A stretch of 64,000 bases of DNA from the human T2T-CHM13v2.0 reference genome, Homo sapiens (GCF_009914755.1 NC_060927.1); one strand, 5' to 3'; numbered from the stretch's first letter, positions 1 to 14,508 are shown. Translations and numbers: made by a program. Notes: generated from the letters alone by a model not told the origin.

Positions 1-5
1 AATTA

Positions 6-479
<474 letters not shown>

Positions 480-639
480 TCATGAAATATCTTTTTTCTT
501 TGAGAAATGCAGCCCCTGGCTCCAATCAGCTAATTTTCAAACCTTTGATCCATTGATCCATTGGGCAGTCTGGGCTTGCTTGGTTCTTGGTTCAGTGACA
601 GACAGCAGAGGGTGAGAGAAATGGCACAGGGCTGAGAGC

Positions 640-715
640 CATGAAGTCACTGGGTGAGTCCCTTCCCCTTGCCAGGCCTCAGTTTCCCAGTCTGTAAAAT
701 AAGGGGGTTGGAAGG
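640..715 (+). mobile_element. MIR fragment
   Basis: GCCTCAGTTTCCCAGTCTGTAAAATAAGGGG matches the MIR core. Confidence 0.7.
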
Positions 716-752
716 GCTGACTCTAGGGCTGACTCTGACCTTTTCTCTCCAG

Positions 753-990
753 GCATAGGTGAACGGTGTGACCACACCAGGCCAGGGAAGAAACACGTGC
801 CCAGCCTGCCATCTGCCCTCCTGTCTTGGAGCCAGGTCTTTCCACCAGCTTCCTTCATCTTTTAACACTTGGTGAAAAGGAATGACACGTCAGTCAAAGC
901 CCCTGGCCGGTGCTCATGGAGCATCTGGCAGGAGGAAGCCCCTTCCTGGCTGGCCTCCCATTCATCAGTCAGCGCCGCAGGCTGGGCCAG
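753..990 (+). ncRNA. candidate non-coding internal exon (lncRNA or 5'UTR)
   Basis: CTGAC branch-like motif + TTTTCTCTCCAG acceptor (AG 751-752) and CAG|GTAAGG donor at 990/991; all three frames from the acceptor hit stops. Confidence 0.4.
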
Positions 991-2109
991 GTAAGGTTTC
1001 AGTGGCTGCTGATGGCGGCTGCCCGGCAAGGGTTCTGGCCAAGTCCGCCCCCTCGTTCCTTTCTAACTGGGCTTTGGGAAGTTTTCAGGACTTCCCAACT
1101 CGGCAGCATGCCCACTGCCACAGTCCCCACCCACCCTGCAACATGAGGAAGGCACAGAAGCCCAAGCCAGGCAGAGCAGTGCTCCCTGCATCACCCACAG
1201 GCAGCCCGGGGAGCGCGGGCCTCCCGAGAGCCAGCCCAGGCCTGGATGGCCCACTGGGGAGGGCAAGGAGGGGAAGAGGGGAAGGGAGGCTGTGCCAAGG
1301 GCTGTGCCTGTGTTTCAGGGACAGCTGTGGAACCTGAGCTGGGAGGCAGCTGTGAAAGGCAAGAAACAAGGAAAGGGGACAGAAGTCACCCGGTCGGTGA
1401 GCCAGCTCGGAGGCAGGCAGAGAAAGCAAGAGAAGGGGCCTCTCCTGCCGTCATCCTAACCTCCCAGGTCCTCCCCAAAGGCTCCCAGCCCTTCCCCAGA
1501 CACTCCCCAGTCTCCTCCCTGTCCCCACCACCATCCCTCTGGCCCTGATTTACAGCTGGGCAGTCACGGGACAGATTCTGGTTAAGCCTCAGAAACATAC
1601 ACCCAGCAAGGGGTTTGGATTTTCTCCTTCCTACCCTCCCTCGAGACTCTTCCGTGGAGGAGGAAGAGAAGCAGATCCAGCCTGGAGAAGCCAGGCCCCG
1701 AGGCCCTCTGGCACCCTGACTCCAGCACCCTGGTCTAACATGCAGTAGGAGAAATGAGGTCTGGAAGGGTGAACAGGCAGCCGGCCCCCCATGAGGCCTT
1801 GACCTCAGGCCCCGGCTGGGTTGGCAACAGCTCTTCTTGGCTCAGACAGGCTCCCTTGGAAACAAACCTCTGTTACTCACTTCTTTCCTCTAGTTGGCTG
1901 ACAAGGGAGCCGAAGCTGTTGGCTCAAATCTTTTTTTTTCTTTTTAACCTCTCCTCCATTTTTTTTTCTGCTGCTAAAAAATTTGTTTTGCAAGATATAG
2001 TATAAGGCTCTTTTACTTCTTGAAGTTTCTTTAAGAAAATAATGGTGCTTACAAGAAAATTGTGATGACTCCCGGCGTTTGCACAGGACTCTGCTGTGTG
2101 TAAAATGCT

Positions 2110-2250
2110 TTCCTGGGTCTTTGCAACAGCCCCAAGCTGCAGACAAGGCAGATCGTTATCCTGTGAAATCTCAGGGGGACTCTGAGGCTCAGAGAGGAGA
2201 AGAAGCTTCCCAGGTCACACCGCTGGCAGGATGAGGACCCAGGGACCTAG
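2110..2250 (-). mobile_element. MIR fragment
   Basis: CTGAGGCTCAGAGAGG...CCCAGGTCACAC is the antisense MIR core. Confidence 0.6.
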
Positions 2251-2509
2251 ATTCTGCCAAAGAAGACCTTGAGCAAGTTTCTATATGGCCCCTCTTGGCC
2301 CCAGCAGCACAGCAGGGAAGAAAGGCCATCCTCCCACAGCCAATCCCCCTTTATCCCCTGGGCAACCTCAGAGAAGGGGAAATCGGTGGCACATGGATGT
2401 AACTAGAGTTGAGGAACACTAGGGAATGAACTCCTTCTTAGGCCCCACAGGGACAAAAATGGATCCCCTTGTCCCCGCCAACAGGGAAGCGGAATGCCTG
2501 GGGCTACAC

Positions 2510-3023
<514 letters not shown>

Positions 3024-6000
3024 CTGGGTTGCCACTCCCTGAAACCACCTGGCCCACCGTGCACAGTCTCCCCTGTGGAGGGAGAAGGCACAGACCACAG
3101 AGTGAACGTAGGCAGACAGCTCCACGTGGCCTTGAGCAAATCTCGTCCTGGACCCTCAGATAGACTCATGCCCAACACGGGGCTGGGCTCATCGCTTGAG
3201 CTCGAGGGTCCTTCTGATGTTTGGCCATCCTTTAAGTCTAACAATCCTGGGCCAAATAGTAATAAAACATTCTATTCAGCTCCAAAAACCCTTCTTTGAT
3301 TCCTTTCCATGCCCCGCACACAGAGCTGGAAGTCAGAGCGAACATAAGCCACACTTCGTTCTTGTCCTCACCGGGCTCCTAACAAAAGGTGGATGGACCT
3401 TGAGAATGACATATGCGCTTCTTCTGACCTCCCATTGCTGTCGGTGAAAATGGGTCATGGAAAGATGGGGAGGTCACAGCCATGACAGCTCAGAGGGCTA
3501 GATGCGGGGACTCACCAACCTCCTCTCTCTAGGAAGGGGCAGGGGATCCACGATCCCCACTCTCCTGCCTAGTCTAGAAGCCCCTCATAGAGAGGGGCAT
3601 AATTAACAGAAGGAGTTCCCTCCCAGCCGCCCGTCTACACTGGGGCATGGGCTTCAACATACAGGACTGTTCTAGGGGCTGGGCTGGGTGTTACACAGAC
3701 AGTCACACCTCTAAGGCCAAAAGGGAGGTGACAGATGTGAGGAACCCACATGTTGAAGCAGAAGGACCCTCTGGGTAACCTCAATTTCATGCTTGTTCCC
3801 AGAGTACCTACTCTGTGCCATTCCTTGTGGCAGGGCCAGGAGAGAAAGACTTCAGAAGTGGAAGTCCCAGCCTTCGAGGGGCTCCCAGGCCACTGGGACA
3901 GGTGGACTGTCTCTGGTACAAGGAGAAGTCAAGGGGGCAAGAGCAGGGGAGACAAGGTGCCATTGGGCATGGTGGGGAGCAATCGATTCTGCTTGGGGGA
4001 CCAGGGAAGGCCACATGGAGATGTCACTGAGAGGGACTTAGAGGGTGGAGGGACTCTGACAAATGGAGTTGGAAGGAGAAAGGCAGGGACAGTTCTACAG
4101 AAAGAGCAACAGAAAGTGCATTCCAAAACCCAGCTCAGCCACACTGCAGCCCTGGGCTCACTCAGCTTCTCTGAAGCTATTTCCCCATCTTCAGAATGGA
4201 GAAAATAATTCTCTAATCCTGGGAAATACCTTCCTGTGCACGCTCCCCTCACGCCTGCCTTCAAGGACTGCACTCTCTATCTTCTCAGCTACTCTTCCCC
4301 CAAACATACCCTTTGGGAAACTAGAAATTTACAGAAGAGATATAAAACATAGAACACAAATGGTGGGACAACCCTTACTGTCAATCAATCAGTATATCCG
4401 GACATTTTACCAATAGGGAAACTGAGGCCTAGAGATATTGCTTGACCTGCCCAGGGTCAGGGACCAGAAGGACTAGAAGCTTCTTTTCTATTGCAGCCCT
4501 AACCACGTTTGTGAGGGTAACACCTTTGGATCATCTTTCTTTTGAGGGGAAAAGGTCAGCCTTTGCTGTCCACTCCATACCCTGGCTCCTCTCTCCCATT
4601 CACGGCAACTTTTTGCATCCACCCTGTTCCACTGGCCATTGCTGTCATGTGTCTGGGTCAGGATTTATGGGCTCAGTCCCCAGCTATGGAAGTAGGTATC
4701 AAATGAATGGAATAGCTCCTGCCCCTGAACCAAAGGCCCCAGAATCTGAGGAGGCTTCAGCCTGTCTCACTCATGGGGCCCGAGGGCAGATGTGAAGGAG
4801 ATGAGGGTCTCAGTTCCTCTGCCCAAGGCAGCCTCCTCCCTGGGGTGCCTGTGTGGAGGACTGACAGGTTAGGGTTTGCCAAGGGAGCCAAGGAATCTCG
4901 GTGACTGGCAGGAGAGGACATGGGCCCATGACAAGGTGCATCAAGGACAGGTCATCCTGGGCTGTGAACAACAATTGCTCTCTTGACTAACATCCCTTAA
5001 GACCCAAAATTTGAGTGGTAGAAGTCACCAGATGACACCCAGAAGGGCATTTCCAGGCTGAGGCTGTGTCTGCCCGTCATGCAGGGAAGAACAGCTGTCA
5101 GGGTTGGGGGCTGCAGCCTGTGTCTCTCTGTGGCTTTGCTTAGACTCCTATTACATCTTCCACTGTGCATGCACCCCTGGATTCTCTAAGGGTTGGGGCT
5201 GTTGCTCAGGGGGCAGGCAGTTAGGGGAACTGCTTTGGGGAGAATGTAGGCATCCCAGGCCTCAAAGCAAAGCTACAAAGCCAGGAGCTAGCTGCAGCTT
5301 GGCTGTTACCACCTCGCTCGGAGGGCACTGGGAGTGGGAGCGTGAGCGCGCACAGAGGTCAGCAGACATGCCTGCAGCCCGTGGCACTCTAAGCCCCTCC
5401 AACCTGCCTCTCTATGTTGGATTGACTGATGCTTCAACCTTGTTGGTTTTCCCAGGACTCTGGGACTGGAGCCGTGTTTTGGCCTCCGCTCACAAGGGGA
5501 TTGGGTCATGCCACAACACTGTAGGTCCAGCCACCCTGGGAGGAGAGGAGGTCATGTCCAGGGGGGGATCTTGGTGGCACTGAGGGACCTCCATCTGCAG
5601 CAAATAACACAAAGCCTCAGACTGGAAAGGACTTCCCGGGCCATCTATCCGGAACTCTTCATCCTATGGAACCACCCTATGGACCACTCTGAGGTCCAGG
5701 ATGGGGTCCTGCCCCCGACGACCGAGGAGTGAGGGATAGTTTGGAAACCCCGGGTGAGTCAGGAAGGGTTTCCTCTATTTGGGAGGAAACACTGACTTGG
5801 AAGCCCTGGGGAACTGGCCCCCACGATAGGGTGGGCAGATGCAAGAGAGGACTCTGCGAGGCCCACCCACCAGGCGCCTCCTCCAAAGCCCACCCATGGT
5901 ATGGACCACCCCCCAACACCCGTGTGATCCATCCTACATGCACAGTACACATAAAACCAACTCTTAGAGGCCAATTGGAAATTCTTAGCCCTCATTTTGG

Positions 6001-6304
6001 CCAATAATTGCCAGTGCCTCCCTCAGAAACCATTCCCTGGGCTTCCAGGGAAGCTGAGCAGACCAATGAGAATGACGTCCTGGCTTTTTCTGACCTGCTG
6101 TTGCCGTAGGTGAAAAGAGGTCATGGGAAGAGAAGGAGGCAGGTGGCCAGGAGAAAATGGAGGTGAAGGCAAGGTCAGTCCTTCTGAGGGCTTAGGCTCA
6201 GAGAATCGAGGTTGCTCTTGACAGTCTCTCCAAGATTTTCTAAAACACCAGGCCAATCAAGACGTTTTTCAAAGCTCCAAGTCGTAAACAAGGGGCAACA
6301 GCAG

Positions 6305-6465
6305 AGCCGTCATTCTCCCATTGTAGTGGGTACCAGCATTACCCGGGGAGGTTGTAAAAATGCAGATTCCCAGCCCCTTCTCCAGATTCAGAAGGACTGG
6401 GTAAGGGCCCGGCACCCGCATTCTAACAAGCCCTCTGCTTCTGTGATTCAGGCAGGGTGGGAGAG
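6305..6465. mobile_element. MER5A (hAT-Charlie) fragment
   Basis: GGAGGTTGTAAAAATGCAGATTCCCAGCCCC...CATTCTAACAAGCCC. Confidence 0.65.
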
Positions 6466-7369
6466 ACCAGAGGAAGATACGCTAAGAACCAGGGTGGCCT
6501 GAGTCACCAGGGAAGTTAAATTGTCACAAGCAGTGACATCTCGGGCCCCGCATCAACAACGAGGCTGTGCAGCCTCCAGGGCTCAGAGGAGCACAGGAGT
6601 GTGTGCCTACTGCCTCTGCAGCATGAGGATCCGGGGACAAGCCCAACATGGAGCTGAGGGAGTGTCAAGATGCTACGCCTGAGCATGCAGCTGTGCTCCA
6701 ACGAGTGAGCCAGGCGAGAAGGCTTGGGTGGGAGAGGAGCTGGGGCAGAGCCAAGGGATCAGAGAAGCAGGAATGGACAGCAGCACAGGATGGAGTGAAC
6801 AGGAGGGTGGTCTGGGAGAGCCAGACACAGTGGGCTCTGAGCTCCCAGCCGCACAGGGCCTGCCTGGGGCACAACAGAACACTTGCTGAGGGAGGAAGGC
6901 AAACACTACGGAGTCTGCACAGGCCATTACAGCTGTGCAAAGAACACTCACAAAGAGAGCTTGGAGAGATGTAAATAGCTACATTTCGTGATCATCGGGT
7001 TCCTTTTTTCCATAAACTTTGCCTAAGTTCATAATAAAAAAAATAAACACGGGCAAATTACACTTACTTCACCCAGTCATTTCTGGGTGGTAAGTTCTGT
7101 ATTAAATTCAGAATTCATACGCGTGGGTTGAACTTCCCATATCAGCCAAAAAGCGAGCCCTGGGGAGAAGGGCAGATGTGGAGGTTGTTATACTCTCAAA
7201 CAGCCCCTTAAATGGCCCTCTGTCCCCACCAATTCTCTGTCATCACTGCGTCCCCTGCTATGTCCATCCCGCTCATACCAGAAAAATCTGCGCTCACAAG
7301 CAGGCAGAGGTTTGCCAAATTCAATTCTTCTGGTTTATTTGTGGGAAATGGGAGTGAGAGGAAGTCTGA

Positions 7370-7495
7370 TGTAGTGGAAAGAGCACTAGACAAGAAGTCA
7401 AAATATTTGAGTTAATTTCAAGCACTCACTTGTCCTTTGTGAAATTGGGAAGTGACTTTCCCCAGCAGGCCCTCGCTTCTCCCAACTGCATAGTA
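7370..7495 (+). mobile_element. MIR 5' portion
   Basis: GTAGTGGAAAGAGCACTAGAC tRNA-derived head. Confidence 0.65.
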
Positions 7496-7504
7496 CAGGA
7501 GGGC

Positions 7505-8126
7505 ATGAGTGATCTGTTGCTGCATCACGATGGCCCCCAAATGCGGCAGCTTAAAGCGACAAACATCTACCATCTCACAGTTTCTTGGGGTTAGGAATCT
7601 GGGAGTGGCTGAGTTGGGTGGTTCTGGCACAAGATCTCTTATGAGGCTGCAGTCAAGATGTGCTCTGGGGCCACAGTCAGCCCGAGGTTACAGTGGGGGA
7701 AGATCAGCTTCCAGGATCACACGCATGGCTGTTGGCAGACTCAGAAGATCCATTTCCAAGCTCCTGCATGTGGTTGTTGGCAGGCCTCAGTTTCTTATGA
7801 CAGAGGCCTCCCCCTAGGTTGCCTCATGACATGGAAACTGGCTTTCCCCAGAGCAAGTGATGAAAGAGACAGAGACAGAGACAGAGACAGAGACAGAGAC
7901 AGAGACAGATGGAGAACCCAAGACAGAAGCTACTGCCTTTCCATAATCTAATTTCGGAATTATCCAAGTGACTATTTCCAAGTGACATCCATCATTTCTG
8001 CCATATTCTAGTCTCTAGTGGACTAGTCACCAACTCCAGTCCACACTCAAGAAGAGGATAATTAAGCTCCGCCTCTTGAGGGGTGTAGTGTCAATGAATT
8101 TGTAGACACATCTTCAGAGCCACCAC
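7505..8126 (-). mobile_element. MLT1F-like MaLR solo LTR containing (GAGACA)n
   Basis: CTCACAGTTTC..GGAATCTGGG..GCTGAG..GGTTCTGGC MLT1 motifs; ends AGCCACCACA; (GAGACA)n at ~7866-7908. Confidence 0.8.
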
Positions 8127-8699
8127 AAGGAGTTTGATCCAGTGACTCTCAAGGTTCCAGGTCTGTGGTTATGACGCCCCGATCCCTGGTACATTAGGCA
8201 TGGTGAAGAGAAAAGGACCAGAGGTGTCTGCTGCACTTCGTCTAGGTGGGCTGTGTTCTCCTCTCAGTAGAGGGGGCCTGGAGATGAGGGATGGAGATTG
8301 AGGAGGTGTGCTTCTCAGATGGATGCACACATCTGGAGGGCTGCCATTCTCCCCAATGATCCCCAAGCCTTAGAGTGACTGCCGAAAGGGTTCTATAAGC
8401 ACATGGCTGGGGCCTCTGACTTGAGTGCCTCCTGCTGCAGCAAGGAACAAGGTTCCACCCGCTCAGTGGATCTGGGGTCTGGCGGCTGGACATGGAACCC
8501 TTCCCAGGGACAAGCCAACCAGAGATGTTCCCAGGCTCCGTCTTTATTCCAAAGGAATAGGGAGGACCAATGCCAGGGCATTAGGGGATGAACCAGGAAG
8601 GGTGTAAGCCCAATCCTCTCCTACTGACCAAGGAAAGAAGGGAACAGAAAATCACTTAACATCAGGTTCTCCTAAGAGGTCTTGCAGTGCGAGGTAAAT

Positions 8700-8905
8700 C
8701 ACCTAAGCTTGGTGTTGGGTACATCTGGGTTTCAGTACGGGCTCTGTCACTACTACCTATGTCCCAGCCACTCTAGGCTTGTTTCCTTACCTACAAAATG
8801 TGCATAATGAGAGATTTCATATCATAGAGCTGGGAAAATTAGAGAATCCATTTAAGACCCTTAGAGTAGTGACTAGCACATAATTAGCACTCAATATTAT
8901 TATTG
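8700..8905 (+). mobile_element. MIR
   Basis: GTTTCCTTACCTACAAAATG...AGCACATAATTAGCACTCAATATTATT. Confidence 0.65.
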
Positions 8906-9466
8906 TTAAGTTTGCAAAAGATATCAGAGTTCATTCAGCTCCACTGCACACCTTGCATAGGAATTCCCTCCAACTGATGATGATAGAGGATGCTTGGGCC
9001 ACTGCTTTGAGGACCTGGGATCTCACTACCTGCCCTGGCAGCCTAGGACCACAGGGCCAGCCCACAGATGGGCAGCTCACACTGGACCCAGAGCCATAAT
9101 CAGCCTTTCTACGGCTGCCTCCTCCACTTCTCTTCCTTTTGTAACCCAATAGCAAACAATAGTTTTGAATTTAAAGTAGCCCTGTAACACAGGAAAGGAA
9201 AAATAAAAGTGCACCCTCCTATTTTAGCTTAGGTGAAATCTGCTTGGCAATCCCCCAAACGTTTGACTCAGCCTCACTTGCATCTTGTTTCATTTTAAAG
9301 CCAAGTTATAACTGACACATGCGATCGAAAGCCCGGTATGTTACAGGGATGGGGAAGGAGGATGCCTGCCCATAAGACTAAGTACGACCATTCAGACTGG
9401 GAGTAAGCAGATGCGTGTGCTGTCGAGTATATTGGCCGGAGAGGTGTATCTATAACTGGAAGGACA

Positions 9467-9690
9467 CGTGTGTGTGTGTGTGTGTGTGTGTATACAGGAG
9501 GGTGAGTGGTGTGGACTGTTATGTGCGTGTGTGGATAAGTAGGGGGAGTGTATGCCTGGGCGTAGATGTGTGATGCGCGTGTGTGGATAAGTTGGGGGAG
9601 TGTGTGATGCGCGTGTGTGGATAAGTTGGGGGAGTGTATGCCTGGGTGTAGGTGTGTGGGTGTATGTTGGGTGTGTGTAAGTATGTGGGT
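9467..9690. repeat. (TG)n microsatellite followed by a short minisatellite
   Basis: TG run 9467-9490; three copies of GCGTGTGTGGATAAGT(A/T)GGGGGAGTGT. Confidence 0.85.
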
Positions 9691-11404
9691 ATGGGTGAGG
9701 GCTATCCTGGTGCTCCCTGGCCAGGGCACAGTGATCCCCAACTGCAGAACAGCCACTAATTTGGGAGTGCATTTCTTTTTATACCAACTTCCCCACTCTT
9801 TTCAGGAAGCTGCATTTGTTGGCCAGGATTTGAGATTTCTTTCACTGAGGCCTCCGGAGAGACATTCCAACGGTGAACACAGAGCACAAACTCAAGAAAT
9901 AAAACCACATGTACTGCCTCAAAGGCAACAAGGCAGGAGGGTGTAAAAAACCCCAGGGGGAGATACAAAGGCTCAAAGTTCTGCAACCCACACCCCTTGG
10001 AAAGAGAGTAGGGTCAGCTCCTCTCCCACCCCAAACTCCCAGTTTGAATTTTTTAAAAAAACAGCCTTATAAGCAAACATCTGCCACTCTCCGGCTTCTG
10101 AATGAAAGGTGAAGATCAGAAAAAGGAATCTTTGTGTTTTCATTAGGTATTTTAGCAAATGCAATGAGGACATTCAGATTTGATTTCCCTGTTTTGTACA
10201 CACACATAAGTCGGTGCTAAGAGGATTACTTTTCCTGGAGCTGCGTCCTTCCTAAAGGCCCCCGTCAAAAGAGACCCTTGTTCAACAGTGTTTTCTCTGA
10301 TTCCTCTGGCTTTTCTTCCTTGCCTCAATGTGCACACATCTAGCTTGCTCCTAAATCCACCCACCTCACAGACTTTGGGATAACGATGGTCCCGGCACTC
10401 CATTCTCCTCCTGCCCGGGTTCCTTAATAAAGCTGGAGATGAACATTAGCGCTTGGTTCAGCAGCATCCGAAAGGGAAACGGTGGCCTCCTCGAGCCCTC
10501 GATGCCCCATAGAAAAATGTAGCCTTTTTGCCTCTGCTCCGATGAATGGCTTTTCGAGGGTTTTCATTAGGACCGGGTCTGCTGGTGCAGAAAGCCTCAC
10601 AGATGTTGACATTTTTTCATCCCTGGGTTAAGATGTCTTCCATAAGCTTTTATTCCTCATTTGTTACTTCTTTATTATCCGGGAGGTTTTGCCTCCTCCC
10701 TCTTCTCCTTTCTCTGAAGAGAGCAGCGGTAGCTGAGCCCGTCATTATCTCGGCCCTTTTCTCCTGCCTCCAGAGGCAGCCCGGGACTCGGGTCCCATTG
10801 TGGCAAACAGCAGGTAGCTGAGGCAGGCCGGGTCACTCCCCAGACCCTTTTGTGCGGCCGTCCCCTCCTCCCTGCAGCTTGGTTCTGGGGATGTAAAAGG
10901 TCAGGAGCAGCCAAGCTTCCATACCTGAGCTTTTGTCTGGGGCTGGAGGCAAATGATTTTAGAAGCAATTTCTTGGAAAGCAGCCTGGAGACTCCCGTCT
11001 CCCTCGTTAAAATGCACAGCTGTACTCCCAGCCCACTCCTTGGGGCTGGGGGTGAGGGGACAGGGGGATTAGCTCAGATCATCTGGATCCAAAAATGCCC
11101 TGAGAAAAAAACTTTCTACCCAGAGGATGGTTGAGACAATTCAAATAGAAGCCTAGAGCCCTGAGATGCTAAGCAGTGTTTTGTGATAAACAGAGTGTGG
11201 TGTTCTGTCACTTTTGACTCTTCTTTGTTTTTAGTCGTAGCAGCCTGCAGCCTCCCTGCAACCTCTCTTTCCTTACCTGTCAAATGGAAACGATCCACCC
11301 TCCCTACCTGCCTCACACAGTTTACTAGTTATTCTGTGGATCCAAGGAGGTGATATAGAAACTGTTTTGCAAGCCATAAGATTCCATACGGCATTCACCA
11401 TTTT

Positions 11405-11420
11405 TGCCCTCTGCTGGCGG
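11405..11420 (-). promoter_or_regulatory. CTCF motif
   Basis: minus strand CCGCCAGCAGAGGGCA matches the CTCF core CCASYAGRKGGCR. Confidence 0.6.
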
Positions 11421-11679
11421 TATGGACCCTGACTTGAATATAAGCCATCCCATAATGCAGTTAATTTTTCTGAAAATTATAGAGCAGAGATACAGGCAGA
11501 TTTAAGGGCCTTAGGGCATGTGGTTCCAAGCCCTGCCCAAGCTTATGCTTTGCAGGTGAGGAAGGTCTCGGGGCAAGACAGGCTTTCATGGTGGTAAATT
11601 CCTTGAGGTTTGATGTAGCTCCCCTTAGAAGGCAGCTATGGGAAGCCACCTGCAGAAAGCTGGTGTGCAGATTTATGTA

Positions 11680-12110
11680 GGGAAAGATAAAAAGGGCCCA
11701 GGGGTGCTCACCAGCCACCAGCTTAATATAAGCCTTTGCAACCTGGCTGCCGGAAGAGCCAATGGGAGCTTAAGCTGCCTACCGGAAAGAAGGGGGTCCC
11801 CCAGGCTCCACCCAGGGTGCTGAGACCTTTCTGGACATCACATCTGGAGAGAACTGTGCAGGTACAGAATTCTGCTCAAGGGAAAGAGACTAGGATCATG
11901 AGAGGACTAGAAATCTCACTCTTACAAACACTGGCTGGGGAAGCTGAGGCTGCTTCCCCTATTTGAGAGTTCAGGGATATTCGTAGGGAAGGGGAATCGG
12001 GCTCATTCTGTGTAGCCCTAGGGACAGACACTGGGACTGCAGAGTGGAAGCTGAAATGAAAGTGTTTTGAGCACATGAGAGGAAAATATTTCAAATGCCC
12101 AGAATTTAAG
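11680..12110 (+). mobile_element. L3/CR1 LINE fragment
   Basis: resembles CR1 ORF2 3' region (ACATCTGGAGAGAACTGTGCAG, ACTAGGATCATGAGAGGACTAGAAA). Confidence 0.55.
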
Positions 12111-12278
12111 AGAGAGTGAACAATCTATCACTAAGGGTAATCTAGCAAAGTGGGATACTGGGGAGAAGATTCATCATCCCTGAGCATTCATTTAGGGCTT
12201 ACTCTGTGTCAGGCCCAACATGTCCTTTCTAATCATGAAATCACTCCATTCTTTGATTTATTAAGAAATATAACATTC

Positions 12279-12460
12279 CTTTTAAACAACCAGGTCTCAC
12301 AACTCACTATCACGATGGCAACACCAACGGGGATGGTGCCAAACCATTAATGAGAAGCCAGCCCCATGATCCAAACACCTCCTACCAGGCCCCACCTGCA
12401 GCACTGGGGATTACATTTCAACATGAGACTTGGGCAGGGAAATAGATCCAAACCGTATCA
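12279..12460 (-). mobile_element. MST (MaLR) LTR fragment
   Basis: CCCCATGATCCAAACACCTCCTACCAGGCCCCACC...ATCCAAACCGTATCA; homologous to the LTRs at 41409 and 43411. Confidence 0.85.
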
Positions 12461-12461
12461 A

Positions 12462-14508
12462 CAAACATAGGCAAATCACATCTATTTTAATATACTAGCA
12501 ATGAATACATGGACAACAAATATAAAATATAATGTATAATCAAGAAAATGAAATATTCAGGTGTTAATATAACATATAATCAAGAAAATGAAATATTTAG
12601 GTGTAAATATAACTAAAGATGTCCAGCACTTATGTGTTGAAAACATCAAAATGCTAATGAAAGAAATCAAAGAAAAATCTAAGTAAATGGTTGACATATG
12701 ATAGTCATGGATAGGAAGAGTCAAAATAGTAATGATGTCAAATTTCCCCAAACTGATATACAGGTGCAACACAATTCCAATCAAAATCTCAGCAAGATTT
12801 CTGTAGATGTAGACAACAAGCTTATTCTAAATGTATATGAAAAAGCAAAGGGAGTTGAATAAGTAAAACAGTTTGGGGAAAATAATTTGGGAAAAGTCAT
12901 ATTACCTGATTTTAAGACTGATTAGATAGCATCAGTAACCAAGTCAGCATGAGGAATAGATACAAAGATCAATGAAACAGAATAGAGAACCCAGAAATGG
13001 GTCCTAGATATTCTAGGTATGAGCCCCACACAAGTAGGGCCAACTCATTTTTGACAAAGGTGCAAAAGCAATTCAATGGAGAAGGGATAGCCTTTTTAAG
13101 AAACAGTACTGGAGCAAATAGATATTCTTGGGCAAATAAGAAGAAAGAAAAAGAAAGGAACCTCAACCCCAAAATCATACCTGTTACAAAAATTAATTAA
13201 AAATGGACCATAGATTTAAATGTAAAACATAAAACTATAAAACTTTCAGAAGATAACATAAGGACAAATCTTCAGGACCTGTGGTTTAGTGAAGAGTTCA
13301 TAGACCAAAAGCAAAAAAAAAAAAAAGACAGAAAAAAACTTTTAAGTGATAAATTGGACTTTATCAACACTACAAACTTTTGCTCTATAAAAGCCCCTCT
13401 TAAGAGGAAGAAAAGACAAGTTATACACTGGGAGAAAATATTTGCAAACAGCATATCTGAAAAAGGACTCATATCATATCTAGAATATATAAAGAATTCT
13501 TAAAACTGAAGAGTAAAAAAATCAAATAATTTAAGTAGACAAGTGGTAAAAGATATATGAAGAAAAATTTTAATGAAGAGTATATAAAAATAAAAAATAA
13601 GCAGATGAAAAGATGTTAAACATCACTAACCAATAAAGAAATGCAAATAAAGACCGCAATTAGATATCACCACATATCTATTAGATCAAGTAAAATTTCA
13701 AAATAGCCACAATACCAAATCATGGCCAGGATGTGGGGAAACTGGATTTCTTATACATTGCTGTTGGTAATGTAAAATGATTCAGTCACTCTGGAAAACA
13801 GCTTGAAAGTTTCTTTTAAAATTACCATACCTCACAGCAATTGCACTTCTAGGTATTTATCCCAGAGAAATGAAAATGTATGTCAACATTAAAACCTATA
13901 CGTAATTGTGCTAAGCCACTTCATTTTTATTATCCCCAACAGGAAACAACCAAAATGTTCTCCAATAGGTGAATGGTGAAATAAACGGTGGAACATGTAT
14001 ACTACAGAAAACTGCTCGGCAATGAAAAGGAATGAATTATTGATACATGCAATAGTTTGAACTGATCTCAAAGTCATTATGTTAAATGAGAAAAAAAAAA
14101 GCCAAGTTCAAAAGGTGACATACTGTATGATTCCACTTATATAACACTCTTGAAATGACAAAATTATAGTGTTGGAAAACAGGTTAGTGGTTGCCAGAGG
14201 TTAGGGATGGTTGGAGAGACGGGGATAGGCGTGACTATAAAGAGGCAGCACAAGAAAGATTTTTATGGTGATGAAATAATTCTGCATATTGACTGTGAGG
14301 TGCTTACAAATATACACATATGATAAGATGACATAGAACTATACACACACATTGTACCAGTGTCAAATTCATAGTTTTAATATTATACTATAACCATCTA
14401 AAATGTAACCACGGGGGGAAACTGAGTGAAGAGCACATGGATCCTCTTTGTACTACCTTTGTAACTTCCTGTGAACTTATAATTATTTCAAAATAAAAAG
14501 TTTAATTA
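12462..14508 (+). mobile_element. old L1M (L1MD/L1ME-type) ORF2 3' end + 3'UTR
   Basis: A-rich L1 ORF2 motifs (TCATGGATAGGAAGAGTCAA, TTTTGACAAAGGTGCAAAAGCAATTCAATGG); 3'UTR ending AAAATAAAAAGTTT; many stops. Confidence 0.9.

Noticed and set aside
2286-2300. CTCF-like GGCCAAGAGGGGCC (minus strand)
   Set aside because: Core G-run is one base short; weak match.
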